This document shows positions 36,701 through 49,100 of a stretch of 64,000 nt of DNA, piece after piece. The number at the start of each line of letters is the position of its first letter. Within the stretch, counting starts at the first letter, position 1. The stretch comes from Macrostomum lignano (Eukaryota), in NCBI GenBank assembly GCA_002269645.1, contig NIVC01001340.1:1-64000 (forward strand), written 5' to 3'. Position numbers and translations under genes: made by a program. The notes under the pieces were generated by a model that saw only the letters and a list, made by a program, of their open reading frames with translations, ran no database searches and was not told where the DNA came from.

Positions 36701-39700
36701 ATGCCGATGTAGGAGGCTTGAATGCCTTTGAAGAAGGCGAAGAAGCCGCCACGACGCCAGGTGTCAACGGTGCACTGCCACACTGTCAGGGACTTGGCCG
36801 ACGGTCTGGGGGGATAATTGGTGAGATGCAATGATGGGTTCAGATCTGTAGTTGACTCCATTTGCTAATTCACTGTTAACACTCGTTCTTTAGTGGGTCA
36901 CTGCTGACTCACTGATTGCTCACTGGGTCACTGATGACTCACTGATTGTTCACTGGGTCACTGCTGACTCACTGATTGCTCACTGGGTCACGCTGACTCA
37001 CTGATTGCTCACTGGGTCACGCTGACTCACTGATTGCTCACTGGGTCACTGCTGACTCACTGATTGCTCACTGGGTCACGCTGACTCACTGATTGCTCAC
37101 TGGGTCACGCTGACTCACTGATTGCTCACTGGGTCACGCTGACTCACTGATTGCTCACTGGGTCACTGCTGACTCACTGATTGCTCACTGGGTCACTGCT
37201 GACTCGCTGATTGCTCACTGGGTCACTGCTGCACACTGATTGTTCACTGGGTCACTGCTGACTCACTGATTGTTCACTGGGTCACTGCGATTCACTGATT
37301 GTTCCTGGTTACCACCAGATTCTTCAGAGAGCCCGTGGTGACCCTCAGATTCTTCAGCGAGTCCCTGGTGACCCTCAGATTCTTCAGCGAATCCCTGGTG
37401 ACACTCAGATTCTTCAGAGAGTCCCTGGTGAGCCTCAGATTCTTCAGCGAATCCCTGGTGCCTCTCAGATTCTTCAGAGAGCCCGTGGTGACCCTCAGAT
37501 TCTTCAGCGAGTCCCTGGTGACTCTCAGATTCTTCAGTGAGTCCCTGGTGACCCTCAGATTCTTCAGTGAGTCCCTGGTGACCCTCTGGTTTAGTAGGTC
37601 TCTGCTAACTAGGTAATATTTGATTGCGTTGAAGACTACTTTCCACACGAAATTCAAACAAGTGGCCACTGACTCACTTCAGCTAACTACAACAGCATAA
37701 AAGTGCAAAGCAGGGCAAGGTACCAAAGCCAACAAACTATGCAAGAGCACGAGAATACTGCGTGACGAGGGAATTCCCAGCTTAAGTTACCACCATTACC
37801 AGACACCCCCAGTTAGAGTTAAACAAGGTCACGCAGTACTTGCTCTGTACACGAACCCAAAACCCGCCATAATGGCAGACTATGCCAGACACTAATTAAA
37901 AATAGAAGCTGTAAAAGCTACGTGCATACGACTTTCCCAATTTCATAACAGCTTGGCGAAATTTCACGCGGTTAATGCATGGAAACTTTATTAGTTAAAC
38001 TTGTTAGTCTAAATGGAATCAGGTGACAGCATCGAATGTACATCGGTCACGCTAGTCTCCTGGTCTTGCTTAGTAAAGTTGCTCTAAACTAATTAGGTTG
38101 TTTTCTGTAAAAATACTGCAGAAAATTATCGATTCTGCATTCCAACTTACATTTCACTATTCGCTTAAAAGCTAAACAGCGTGACCCAAAAGCTCAATAA
38201 CAACCCTGTTACACTTTGTACACTTCACTTGCAGTTCAGTTGGACTACTGATAGCACCTGGAAACCCTGGATAGCCGTTTCGCTACGTTAAAAATCCTGT
38301 AAAAATTATTATCATATTCTAATTCAAACAGATAAATTCAAGCGAGCTGCCACATGACTAGGAGGCGACTTTGACAATCCAACATCTGAGAACGTGAGAG
38401 GGTGATTGTGATGACGCAGCAACTGACACTCTGGGAGGCTGGCCCAGCAACTGAGGAACTGAAATGCTGGTCCAGCAATTGAGGACCTGGGAGGCTGGCC
38501 CAGCAACTGAGGAACTGAAATGCTGGTCCAGCAACTGAGGATCTGGAAGGCTGGCCCAGCAGCTGAGGATCTGGGAGGCTGGCCCAGCAACTGAGGATCT
38601 GGGAGACTGGCCTAGCAACTGAGGATCTGGGAGGCTGGCCCAGCAACTGACACTCTGGGAGGCTCGCCCAGCAGCTAAGGATCTGGGAGGCTGGCCCAGA
38701 AACTGAGGATCTGGGAGGCTGGCCCAGCAACTGAGGATCTGGGAGACTGGCCTAGCAACTGAGGATCTGGGAGGCTGGCCCAGCAACTGACACTCTGGGA
38801 GGCTCGCGCAGCAACTAAGGATCTGGGAGGCTGGCCCAGAAACTGAGGATCTGTGAGGCTGGCCCAGCAACTGAGGATCTGGGAGGCTCGCCCAGCAACA
38901 AAGGATCTGGGAGGCTGGCCCAGCAACTGACACTCTGGGAGGCTGGCCCAGCAACTGAGGATCTGGGAGGCGACAGATAGCAAGCTAAGCAGCAATAAAA
39001 AGCCATTTTGAGCAAAGCCAGTAAAGAAATGTCCGACTCACGATTGATCGAGCTGCATCCGGGTCTTGACATACCAAATCGGATTGGTCAGCGTGGACGA
39101 CACGAAGCTGGCAAATGACGAGGCGGCAAACACGTTGCCATGCGTGCCCTTGGCGTAAGCTGGCGCAAACATTTCTTGGCCATTAAAGTAGGCGCCAAAG
39201 TAGATTGCTCGAGACGGCAGCACGCCAGCGATGGTCATTGTGAGGCCTTTAAACAGCGCCCTAGCGCCCTCGGCCCGGTAAATATGACGAACGCAGGACA
39301 TGATTGACAGGTGGTTGCTGGGCACATATCTGAGCCGGGCTGCTAAGCCGCCTTGTTGAATTAACAGCTGAGACTGAGGCCCGGCTCCTGCTGTACTGAG
39401 CACAGCTGTAGGACCTGACCAGGTGTTCACTGAGCCCTGTAGTCGGGTCTTCACAATTTCCAGTGGTGAAGTGAACAGGGCACCAGTGGTACCAGCAACC
39501 CTGGCAGAATCAATTAAATGATAAGATGAGACTATAGAACAGGATGCAAGTACTACAAGTATTTTTTTCAGATGTTCAGTATCCCATCCAATCTCTAATA
39601 TTAAATTATAGTTTCATATTGTCAAGTGTTTAGCTTAAACCTTATTTTAAACAGTTATATTTTGCTACATTTCTATTGCACAATTTGCTTTAAATAGGTT

Positions 39701-41674
39701 ACAAGTCTTATTTTTTTTAATTTCAATTGGGATTTTAGATAAAACTTATGCTTTCTGTCCAATATATATGCACAACTGCCAGCTAACCTAGCCAATCTAC
39801 CTAATGTGGATGGTAAACAAAGGGTCATGAAAATTGATAACTTTTTAGGATATTTTTAATTCTTTACACATTTGACAACAAATTAAATGAATTCTTAGTT
39901 TATTTTTGGCATAGGTTACAAAACTAAGTCCCATTTTTAGTCAAAATACTAAGTTGCATTTGGTCAGTGTTCAGTATACTTTTAAAGGTTATATATATGG
40001 TAAAGACAATGCAAATCCTTCCAAAGTACTAGCTACTTGAATGTATCTAACACATACATGCGCAACCTCCAAAATTCGGTCAGCCGTGTGACTTAGTTTT
40101 AACAAAAATGCGATGTAGTTTTTGGCCAAAAATGCGAATTACATGTAAAAAAACCCGAAAGCAAAATTAACGCAATTTTGGGTAAACGGTAAGAGTAACT
40201 ATGACTGTCTTATAAAGCCAAAATGCCTCATCAGCTACTTAGTACTACTACTTTTTGTTTTTTCAGGTGGGCATTTTTGCGACTTCCTTGGTTGGCCGCC
40301 AAATCAGTCGGCTGGATCGGCCAACTCGACCAACTATTGCGCATGTATGATCTAACATATGTCATACACTATATTCCAATGGACCAATAGAGGGTCTAAA
40401 AGACAGACTAAAAAAGAGAATTGCATAGGCCTAGTATCAATATCAATATCTTGTGAATTTATAATTAATAAATATTAAATGTTATCACTAAAAGTTATTA
40501 GACTTAGCAAAGCCTACAATTCCTATATTGTACAATAATATAATAATGATGTATATGGTATTTGATTATTTACCAAATGCACCACATGCAATAAGGTCCT
40601 AGGTAGTCATATGCAAAGCTATCAATTTCATTAACATCAAATTTGTTAGCACTTTTATATTTTATATTGTTGACAAATTTTGTTACTTGACTATATATTG
40701 TTAACCCTTACTATATTATATGTATATACTGAAAATTGAAGACAAAGCCTTTCATAAAGGTAAAAAATAAAAGCAATTTGTTTATTTAAAACTGCAACTA
40801 TAACTTCAAAATTTGAACAATATGACATAGAAGTATCTTAGAACTTTGAACTTGCACATATGTGCATAGCATTAAATTCCCTATTTGTTAACTGTTTAAT
40901 GTTATATATTCACAATAGAATATAGCACATATTCATGAATTCATATTGAAGTTTTTGACAATATTTTGCTTATTAGGTTAAAATGCCTTTTTTAACTGAA
41001 AAGATTTTATTTAAATAAATTTATTTAAGTTACATTCTTTTAAAATAAAATAAAAGAAGCTTTTTATTTTCCACTTTTACATCGCTAGATAGTAAGAATT
41101 CTGCAGGAGAGACTTAAAGGTGTCACAGGCTGGATCTGGATCAAGGACCAGAGTTTGCCAACCTCTATACTAAAGTGTCTAGTACCACTACTAATGTTTA
41201 TGCTTTGATTTTGTTTGTAAGTCCACTAATCTTCTAGGGTGCTTTGGACTTTGGACACAGCCTGAAACATTTAAGACTTTATTCTAATTCCAACAAGGCC
41301 AGGGTCTATTATTGTTAAATGTTAATTAGGCCTAGCCTACTACTACTAGGACCTAGGATTAGGGAAATCTGTATACCAATGTCTGTCTCTAGACTATATG
41401 CAATAATCTTCACAAATCATATGCAGAAAATGGCCATGGCCCCCTTGGCTCCACTTGGATCCGCCCCAGTGCAAAATGTCAATAGCCAGTTCCCAAATGC
41501 TACACAATATATTATAGCTCGTACTCGTATATGGATACGGTAAGATTAAAAAGCCTGAAAAGCGAAGTTTATATTAATAATAAAGAACAAGACCTAAGTC
41601 CCAATTTCCTAAAGTGTAACGAAGTAGAAAGTTACTTACCCGCCAGCAATTATGTGAGCTAGACTACCCTCCAT
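33740..41674 (-). CDS. SLC25A36: Mitochondrial pyrimidine nucleotide carrier (SLC25A36/SLC25A33/Rim2-like); exons 41674-41640, 39500-39042, 36805-36516, 33948-33740
   Basis: [83 protein letters not shown]. Three carrier signature repeats and in-phase GT-AG joins. SLC25A36 versus SLC25A33 cannot be resolved here. Confidence 0.9.
35850..36430. repeat. 30 bp minisatellite in carrier intron 3
   Basis: GAGGTCAACAAGGTGTCAGGGGAGGGGAGA tandem. Confidence 0.93.
36890..37300. repeat. 29/30 bp minisatellite in carrier intron 2, next to the acceptor
   Basis: CACTGGGTCACTGCTGACTCACTGATTGCT tandem. Confidence 0.93.
37310..37590. repeat. 30 bp minisatellite in carrier intron 2
   Basis: CCCTGGTGACCCTCAGATTCTTCAGCGAGT tandem. 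Confidence 0.92.
38430..38970. repeat. 28 bp minisatellite in carrier intron 2, near the donor
   Basis: GGCTGGCCCAGCAACTGAGGATCTGGGA tandem. Confidence 0.92.
40053..40349. mobile_element. hAT-type MITE, family 1, in carrier intron 1
   Basis: TIRs CATACATGCGCAAC / ATTGCGCATGTATG; TSD ATCTAACA at 40045-40052 and 40350-40357; colinear with 14800-15099. Confidence 0.92.
41425..41469. mobile_element. Right-end remnant of MITE family 2
   Basis: CCCCTTGGCTCCACTTGGATCCGCCCC resembles 12400-12430; no clear left end or TSD. Confidence 0.4.
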
Positions 41675-42879
41675 GTTAAAAAATTATTTTATGTCATAAA
41701 GCTTCTAGACACATTTCGCAAATGTTGTCTCCTTTTAAGCTGAACGATAACTGACGAAACGCCAGAGACTCAAGGTCACATATACCAAATTCGAAATTGT
41801 GCGATTAGTGTATTTAAACTAAGTTATTAGAAGCACTATATCACTGATTCAGACTTTTTAAAAAGCACTGTTTTTCAGGAAAAGATATCAATAGAAGTGT
41901 TTTTTTATTTCTACACGCTTCTACACATCACAAATATTTAGTTTGCAAATTATCCATCTGAAGCAGAACGGACTCAGTGTAAACACAGAGTTTGACTTTA
42001 ACTTTGAGCCTACATGTCCAATCACAGGGTGGTACACCACACCACTTGCGAAACACACTGACCTGCCCGTGGACATTCGCCTCCCCAGCTGGGACAGCGC
42101 GACGGCAGCACCGCTCCCCCGGATGTCTTCGATCTTCCATACCCTGGTAGCACCTCTTTTGCAACGTGATTAAATAATTTTTAAATAAGTGCTTTGTGTA
42201 GTGCATTTATTTGAACTGCTTTCTATATTTTCTGTTTCCTGATTCCAGTGTGTAAATAATTAAACAACACAACTGTGTTCAGTCTTACTGTTTTGTACAT
42301 CACAATGCAACAAAAACACAAATTTAAGAGCTCTTCCATAAAAAGTTTATTTAATAGTTGATCAAGCAAATGTTTAGAAAAAATATTCAAGTTTTTTCGG
42401 ATTTGTTATGCTTGTACTGTACCACCAAGCGAGGTATGCCAATGAATATAAATAATACTGAGTGACAAAAGTGACACGAACTTACTTTTATCTTTCTGCA
42501 TGAAGCCGCGGGTTGCCAATAGCTTAATGGCAATGAGCTACATGTTATCTTGGATGACTGACGTCATTCAGAGATCAAAGCTTATTCTTAGCGTCTTTCT
42601 ATGCTGGTGCTGGGATGTTTCTTAGAAAAAGTTAAATTTTTTCTAAGAAACGGCTATACGAGTATGTACATGCCAGGCTAGTCTTTTATCCAAGGTACGC
42701 ACTTTCATGTAGCAACTCTGAAAAGTAAACATCTAAGAACCCTTTGGTCAACCGTTTCTCAGAATTTCATTGAAAATGACATTGAAGGTCAAAGCGCGCA
42801 GGGTTTTGAATCTTCAATGGCGCCACGGGGCAGTAGAATCTCTGGCAAGGAGGGAATAATAGTAAATAATAATAAATAT

Positions 42880-42941
42880 TGTAAGGTTGTGAGCACCCTG
42901 TCGCGACAGTCTTTGCGACATCGGCCCACAACCGTGTGCCT

Positions 42942-43009
<68 letters not shown>

Positions 43010-43045
43010 CTTGGGGGTGGCCCTCATGCTGTGAATTTTTCATGC
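42880..43045 (-). mobile_element. SINE fragment with an internal (TG)n expansion
   Basis: GCACCCTG..GCGACAT..CACAACC and CCTTGGGGGTGGCCCTCATG flank (TG)n at 42945-43008. Confidence 0.65.
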
Positions 43046-43113
43046 ACACAAGCCGCAGATGAATGAAGCCAGGGGCTACACGTGTTTGTGCACATACAGT
43101 ACATGCTGTCTCA

Positions 43114-46100
43114 TCAGTTTCTCTTGGACTGCGGCTTGCCCAACGACTTGCTGGTTGGAAGCCAACTCTTATTTTGCTCCTGTTGACGTTGCTGCGACTC
43201 TCTGCGCTGTCGGACAGCGGAACTCAGCACTGACGTCCGCCTTCTGGTTGGAGTTCCAGCTCCAGCCGCTGCCGCTGGGTTGCCTCCTTCGCCAGCTGCC
43301 GCGGCGAATCTCAGCGACTTGCTGCCGCCAGCTGAAGCCGGTGTCTCCGGCTGTTTCTTTCTTTGCTGCTGTTGTTGCTTTTGCTGCAGCTGGTAGTTGC
43401 TACCCGACCAGATGTTCGGCAGCACTTTTCCGGCTGGACCGGCCGCGGTCGATGGCCGCCTGAGAATGCCGCCGCCGCCACCTCCGGAGCGCTGGCGCAG
43501 CTGAGCCGGTGGCGGCGGCCTCGATGCGGCTTCACCGTCGGACTCGGATGAGCAGGAGTGGTGCTCCTCTGTGAAACCTGTCGGCCACGCGGTTTGACAT
43601 TGGGAGCACTTAGTTGTAATGAGGGATCGTATTACGAGCTAGGTTGTCTCAGGTTTAAGATAGTTGCATTGGTGAGGAAGTATTGGTGAAGGGTGCATTG
43701 GTGAAGAGTGCATCGGTGAAGGGTTACATTGGTGAAGGGGTGCATCGGTGAAGGGTTGCATCGGTGAAGGGTGCATTGGTGAAGGGTGCATTGGTGAAGG
43801 TTCCATTGGTGAAGGGTGTAGTTGTGAAAGATTCTTTCAGATTTCAGTTAGAGCTGTGTGTATCGCATGTAAATGCTCATTAACTCCAGTTTACTCAACA
43901 GCTACTCACTACTAGAAGCAGCCGCCAGAGTCTGCAGCCGCGTGATGGCTCTGGCTGCAATCTCGGCGTCCCGAACTCGAACCGTGGCGCGCCGCTGTCG
44001 CACCCGATGGATGGCCCGCCGTTTCACATCGCGGAACTCCTTGTTGATGTTGAGAATCTCGGCTAAGTCGATCTCGCCGTCGCCGTCCTTGTCCAGCGTG
44101 TCAATCAGCTGATCGATTTGATCCTCAGTGAGCGGCACTTCAAAGTCGCGTAGGCCGATGACGAACTCGTCGCGGGAGATGGAGTTGCTCTGGTCTTTGT
44201 CCAGGTTCTGGAGCGTTGTGTGCGGGTTGGTTGGAGCTCACTATGGATATGTTGAGTATTTTCTCTAATCCCCTGATCCAAAGAAGAAACACGTTGATTT
44301 CTGAACAGTTTCCTAAAGTCCTAAAGTCCTAAAGTGTTAAAGTGCTATTTAACCAAAGTGAATGGTGAATCTACGCCTTTGGCAAAAAATAGTCATACCA
44401 TGTCAACAAATAGTCACATTATGCCCACAAACACACTCTGACCACAAATAGCCACTTTATGACCACAACTAGCCACACTATGACAACAAATAGCCACACT
44501 ATATGACCAAAAATGGTCACAACCACAAAGAGTCTTACTATGACCAGATTTATTTTTTTTTTATTAGAGGCAGGGGGGTTGTGTGCACCCTGGCGCACTT
44601 TAGGCGACATAGGCACACAACCGGCGAGAGGCATTGCTGCCCATTCCACCGACTCCCCTGAGCAGGCATCCAAGCGCGCGGATACGTACGCAGGCACACA
44701 CTCACACAGGAGTGTACAGCGGCCCTAACTTTATCAATTGTTAGGCATGTACACTTCACTGCGCCTTGGGGGTTGGCTCTCAAGGCCGTTAATTGCACAA
44801 GCGAGCAAAGCCGAAATTCCAATTCAGCCCCAAATTAATGTGACTGCACTTGGAATCGAGCCTGGGTCGCTGGCACACCAGAGCAGCTGCGCTACCGCTG
44901 GGCTACGGCCCCCCTATGACCAGATTTAACCAACTGGGCCAGAGTAATAACTGTAACTATATTCAATCATAACTCAGTATAGAACCGCACAGAGCCCAAG
45001 CAGTCCCGTGACATTGCACTCACCTTGAACAGATCAATCAGCCTCAAGTTCTTCTCCTGCATGAACATCAGCAGCACCTCCAGCGGATTCTCTGTGCTGA
45101 ATTCATCGCGCACACGTTCAACTGTGCCGTCTCGCTTGATCACAGTTCGAATTCTGATGCGGAACTTCGGGTTGTTGGCTCGAATCGATCGGTAGAGCGA
45201 CATCAGCTCCTGGGTCACCGTGATGTCCTGGATGCAGTGAAGGTCGATTCGTTCTAATTAGGCTCTTAGATGCTTAGGTTCTTAGATGCTTAGGCTCTTA
45301 GATGCTTAGGTTCTTAGATGCTTAGGTTCTTAGCTGCTTAGGTTCTTAGATGATTAGGTTCTTAGATGCTTAGGTTCTTAGATGCTTAGCTTCTTAGATG
45401 CTTAGCTTCTTAGATGCTTAGGTTCTTAGATGCTTAGGTTCTTAGATGCTTAGGTTCTTAGATGCTTAGGTTCTTAGATGCTTAGGTTCTTAGATGCTTA
45501 GGTTCTTAGACGCTTATGTTCTTAGATGCTTAGGTTCATAGATGCTTAGGTTCTTAGATGCTTAGGTTCTTAGATGCTTAGGTTCTTAGACGCTTATGTT
45601 CTTAGATGCTTAGGTTCTTAGATGCTTAGGTTCTTAGACGCTTATGTTCTTAGATGCTTAGCTTCTTAGCTGCTTAGGTTCTTAGATGCTTAGGTTCTTA
45701 GATGCTTAGGTTCTTAGACGCTTATGTTCTTAGATGCTTCGGTTCTTAGATGCTTAGGATGTTAGATGCTTAGGTTCTTAGATGCTTAGATTCATAGATG
45801 CTTAGGTTCTTAGATGCTTCGGTTCTTAGATGCTTAGGATGTTAGATGCTTCGGTTCTTAGATGCTTAGCTGCTTAGGTTCTTAGATGCTTAGGTTCTTA
45901 GATGCTTAGGTTCATAGATGCTTAGGTTCTTAGATGCTTAGGTTCTTAGACGCTTATGTTCTTAGATACTTAGCTTCTTAGCTGCTTAGGTTCTTAGATG
46001 CTTAGGTTCTTAGATGCTTAGGTTCTTAGACGCTTATGTTCTTAGATGCTTCGGTTCTTAGATGCTTAGGATGTTAGATGCTTAGGTTCTTAGATGCTTA

Positions 46101-49100
46101 GATTCATAGATGCTTAGGTTCTTAGATGCTTCGGTTCTTAGATGCTTAGGATATTAGATGCTTCGGTTCTTAGATGCTTAGCTGCTTAGGTTCTTAGATG
46201 CTTAGGTTCTTAGATGCTTAGGTTCATAGATGCTTAGGTTCTTAGATGCTTAGGTTCTTAGATGCTTAGCTTCTTAGATGCTTAGGTTCTTAGACGCTTA
46301 TGTTCTTAGCTGCTTAGGTTCTTAGATGCTTAGGTTCTTAGATGCTTAGGTTCTTAGACGCTTATGTTCTTAGATGCTTAGCTTCTTAGATGCTTAGGAT
46401 GTTAGATGCTTCGGTTCTTAGATGCTTAGGATATTAGATGCTTCGGTTCTTAGATGCTTAGCTGCTTAGGTTCTTAGATGCTTAGGTTCTTAGATGCTTA
46501 GGTTCATAGATGCTTAGGTTCTTAGATGCTTAGGTTCTTAGATGCTTAGCTTCTTAGATGCTTAGGTTCTTAGACGCTTATGTTCTTAGATGCTTAGGTT
46601 CTTAGCTGCTTAGGTTCTTAGATGCTTAGGTTCTTAGATGCTTAGGTTCTTAGACGCTTATGTTCTTAGCTGCTTAGGTTCTTAGACGCTTATGTTCTTA
46701 GATGCTTAGCTTCTTAGATGCTTAGGTTCTTACAATTTCAATAAAATTTTCACCTCAACATCCAGCATTTCCAGAGAAATCTGCTCCTCTGCGTGCAACA
46801 CTTTGAGGATCTCCATGACGCCGTCATTTAGCAGCGGGTTGGTTCGCAACTGAAAAATATTGATTCGCATTGAGATTGGTGTTTGGTTACTAGACTTTAC
46901 CGGAAGTTTTGCGCCATCAGCATTTTAAGTGACCGGAAGTTCAATACTAATCGGCCTTAAGTAACCGGGAGTTATCTATGCTATCAAAATTTCAAGTGAC
47001 CGGAAATTCCATACTATCAACCTTCACATTTCAAGTTACATTTTATCAGTTCACAAGACCGGATGTTCCATCCTATCAATTCTCGTGACCGGAAGTTCCA
47101 TTTTATCGGTTCACATGACCGGAAGTTTCATTTTATCAGTTCACGAGACCGGAAGTTCCATTCTATCAGTTCTCGTGACTGGAAGTTCCATTTTATCAGT
47201 TCACGAGACCGGAAGTTCCATTCTATCAGTTCACGAGACCGGAAGTTCCATTTTATCAGTTCACGAGACCGGAAGTTTCATTCTATCAGTTCTCGTGACT
47301 GGAAGTTCCATTTTATCAGTTCACGAGACCGGAAGTTCCATTCTATCAGTTCACGAGACCGGAAGTTCCATTTTATCAGTTCACGAGACCGGAAGTTCCA
47401 TTTTATCGGTTCACATGACCGGAAGTTTCATTCTATCAGTTCACGAGACCGGAAGTTCCATTCTATCAGTTCTCGTGACCGGAAGTTCCATTCTATCAGT
47501 TCACGAGACCGGATGTCAAAATCAGAATTTTAAGTGAGTCCATACTATCAACATTTCCAGTGACCGGAAGTCAGACACATAACCTCCTACAACAATAACC
47601 GGAAGCAAGCTGCTCACCCGCAGCACGCGCAGTTTTTTATTCTTCTTGAGCGCTCTGGCGAAGGGCCCAGCGGCCTGACGCCAGATCCGGTTGCCGCTAA
47701 GGTCCAGCAGCCGGAGTGTCCGGTTCTCCAGCAGCGAGGCGGCCACCTCCAGCGCGCCTTCGCTGCTGAAACCGTTGAACTGCAGGTGCAACTCGCGTAG
47801 AGACTTGTTCACCTGCGTGAGATTTTGTTAGTGGTTGGTGAATAATGCAAATAATCTGCATGCAAGCCAGCGCAGCAAACTCACACGAATAGCCTTGGCC
47901 AGCTCCACCGCGCCCTTGAGCCGGATGCAGTTCCAGCTGAGATTCAGATTGCACAGAGAATCGTTTGCGCCTGAAAAAATGCAATGCGACGCTGGATGGA
48001 CGCAAACTTAATCGCTTTTCCAAATTGCAATGGATCCCGTTCCGAATTGCAATAAATCACCCTCCGAATTTCATTAGACACCCTCCGAATTGCAATATTC
48101 CGAATTGCAATAGATCCCATTCCGAATCGCAACAGACCACATTCCGAATCGCAATAGATCCCTCTCCGAATTTCATTAGACACCCTCCGAATTGCAATAT
48201 TCCGAATTGCAATAGATCCCATTCCGAATCGCAACAGACCACATTCCGAATCGCAATAGATCCCTCTCCGAATCGCAATAGATCCGATTCCGAATCGCAA
48301 TAGATCCCATTCTGAATCGCAATAGACCACATTCTGAATCGCAATAGATCCCATTCCGAATCGCAACAGATCCCATTCCGAATCGCAATAGACCACATTC
48401 CGAATCGCAATAGACCACATTCTGAATCGCAACAGATCCCATTCCGAATCGCAATAGATCCCATTCCGAATCGCAATAGATCCCATTCCGAATCGCAACA
48501 GATCCCATTCCGAATCGCAACAGATCCCATTCCGAATCGCAACAGATCCCATTTCGAATCGCAACAGATCCCATTCCGAATCGCAATAGATCCCATTCCG
48601 AATCGCAACAGATCCCATTCCGAATCGCAACAGATCCCATTCCGAATCGCAACAGATCCCATTCCGAATCGCAATAGACCACATTCTGAATCGCAATAGA
48701 TCCCATTCCGAATCGCAACAGATCCCATTCCGAATCGCAATAGACCACATTCTGAATCGCAATAGATCCCATTCCGAATCGCTACAAACCGCCACGAGAA
48801 CGTCACTGCACCAGACCAATCCTCTCCCCAATGGCAGCCACTCACTGATGCCCTCGGCCAGAGCTGTGGCTCCATCGCTGCCCAGCTGATTGTGCGACAG
48901 GTTCAGCTGACTCAGCCGGTCATTGGCCAGCAGGATCTCTTTCCAGTCCTGGCCGGTCCGCTCGTCGAAATCGTTGCCGGATGCGTCCAACACTGAGATG
49001 GTGTTGTTGCGCAGGAGGGCGCTTTTCAGCTGCGCCATGCCTTCGCGACCCAGCGCGTTGCCGCTGATGTTCTGCGTTGCGGTAAGAGGCTTCACTGCAT

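Noticed and set aside
41943-42173. 76-aa ORF divergent from the carrier gene (FEPTCPITGWYTTPL..)
   Set aside because: TTG start, no family recognised and no convincing exon partners. The region could equally be a minus-strand 5'-UTR exon (donor-like CAG|GTCAGT).
44553-44913. Hammerhead ribozyme in the SINE, as in schistosome Sm-alpha repeats
   Set aside because: No CTGATGA..GAAA core with pairing stems found in the SINE, nor at the isolated look-alikes near 10793, 18825 and 41748. This was checked by eye only.
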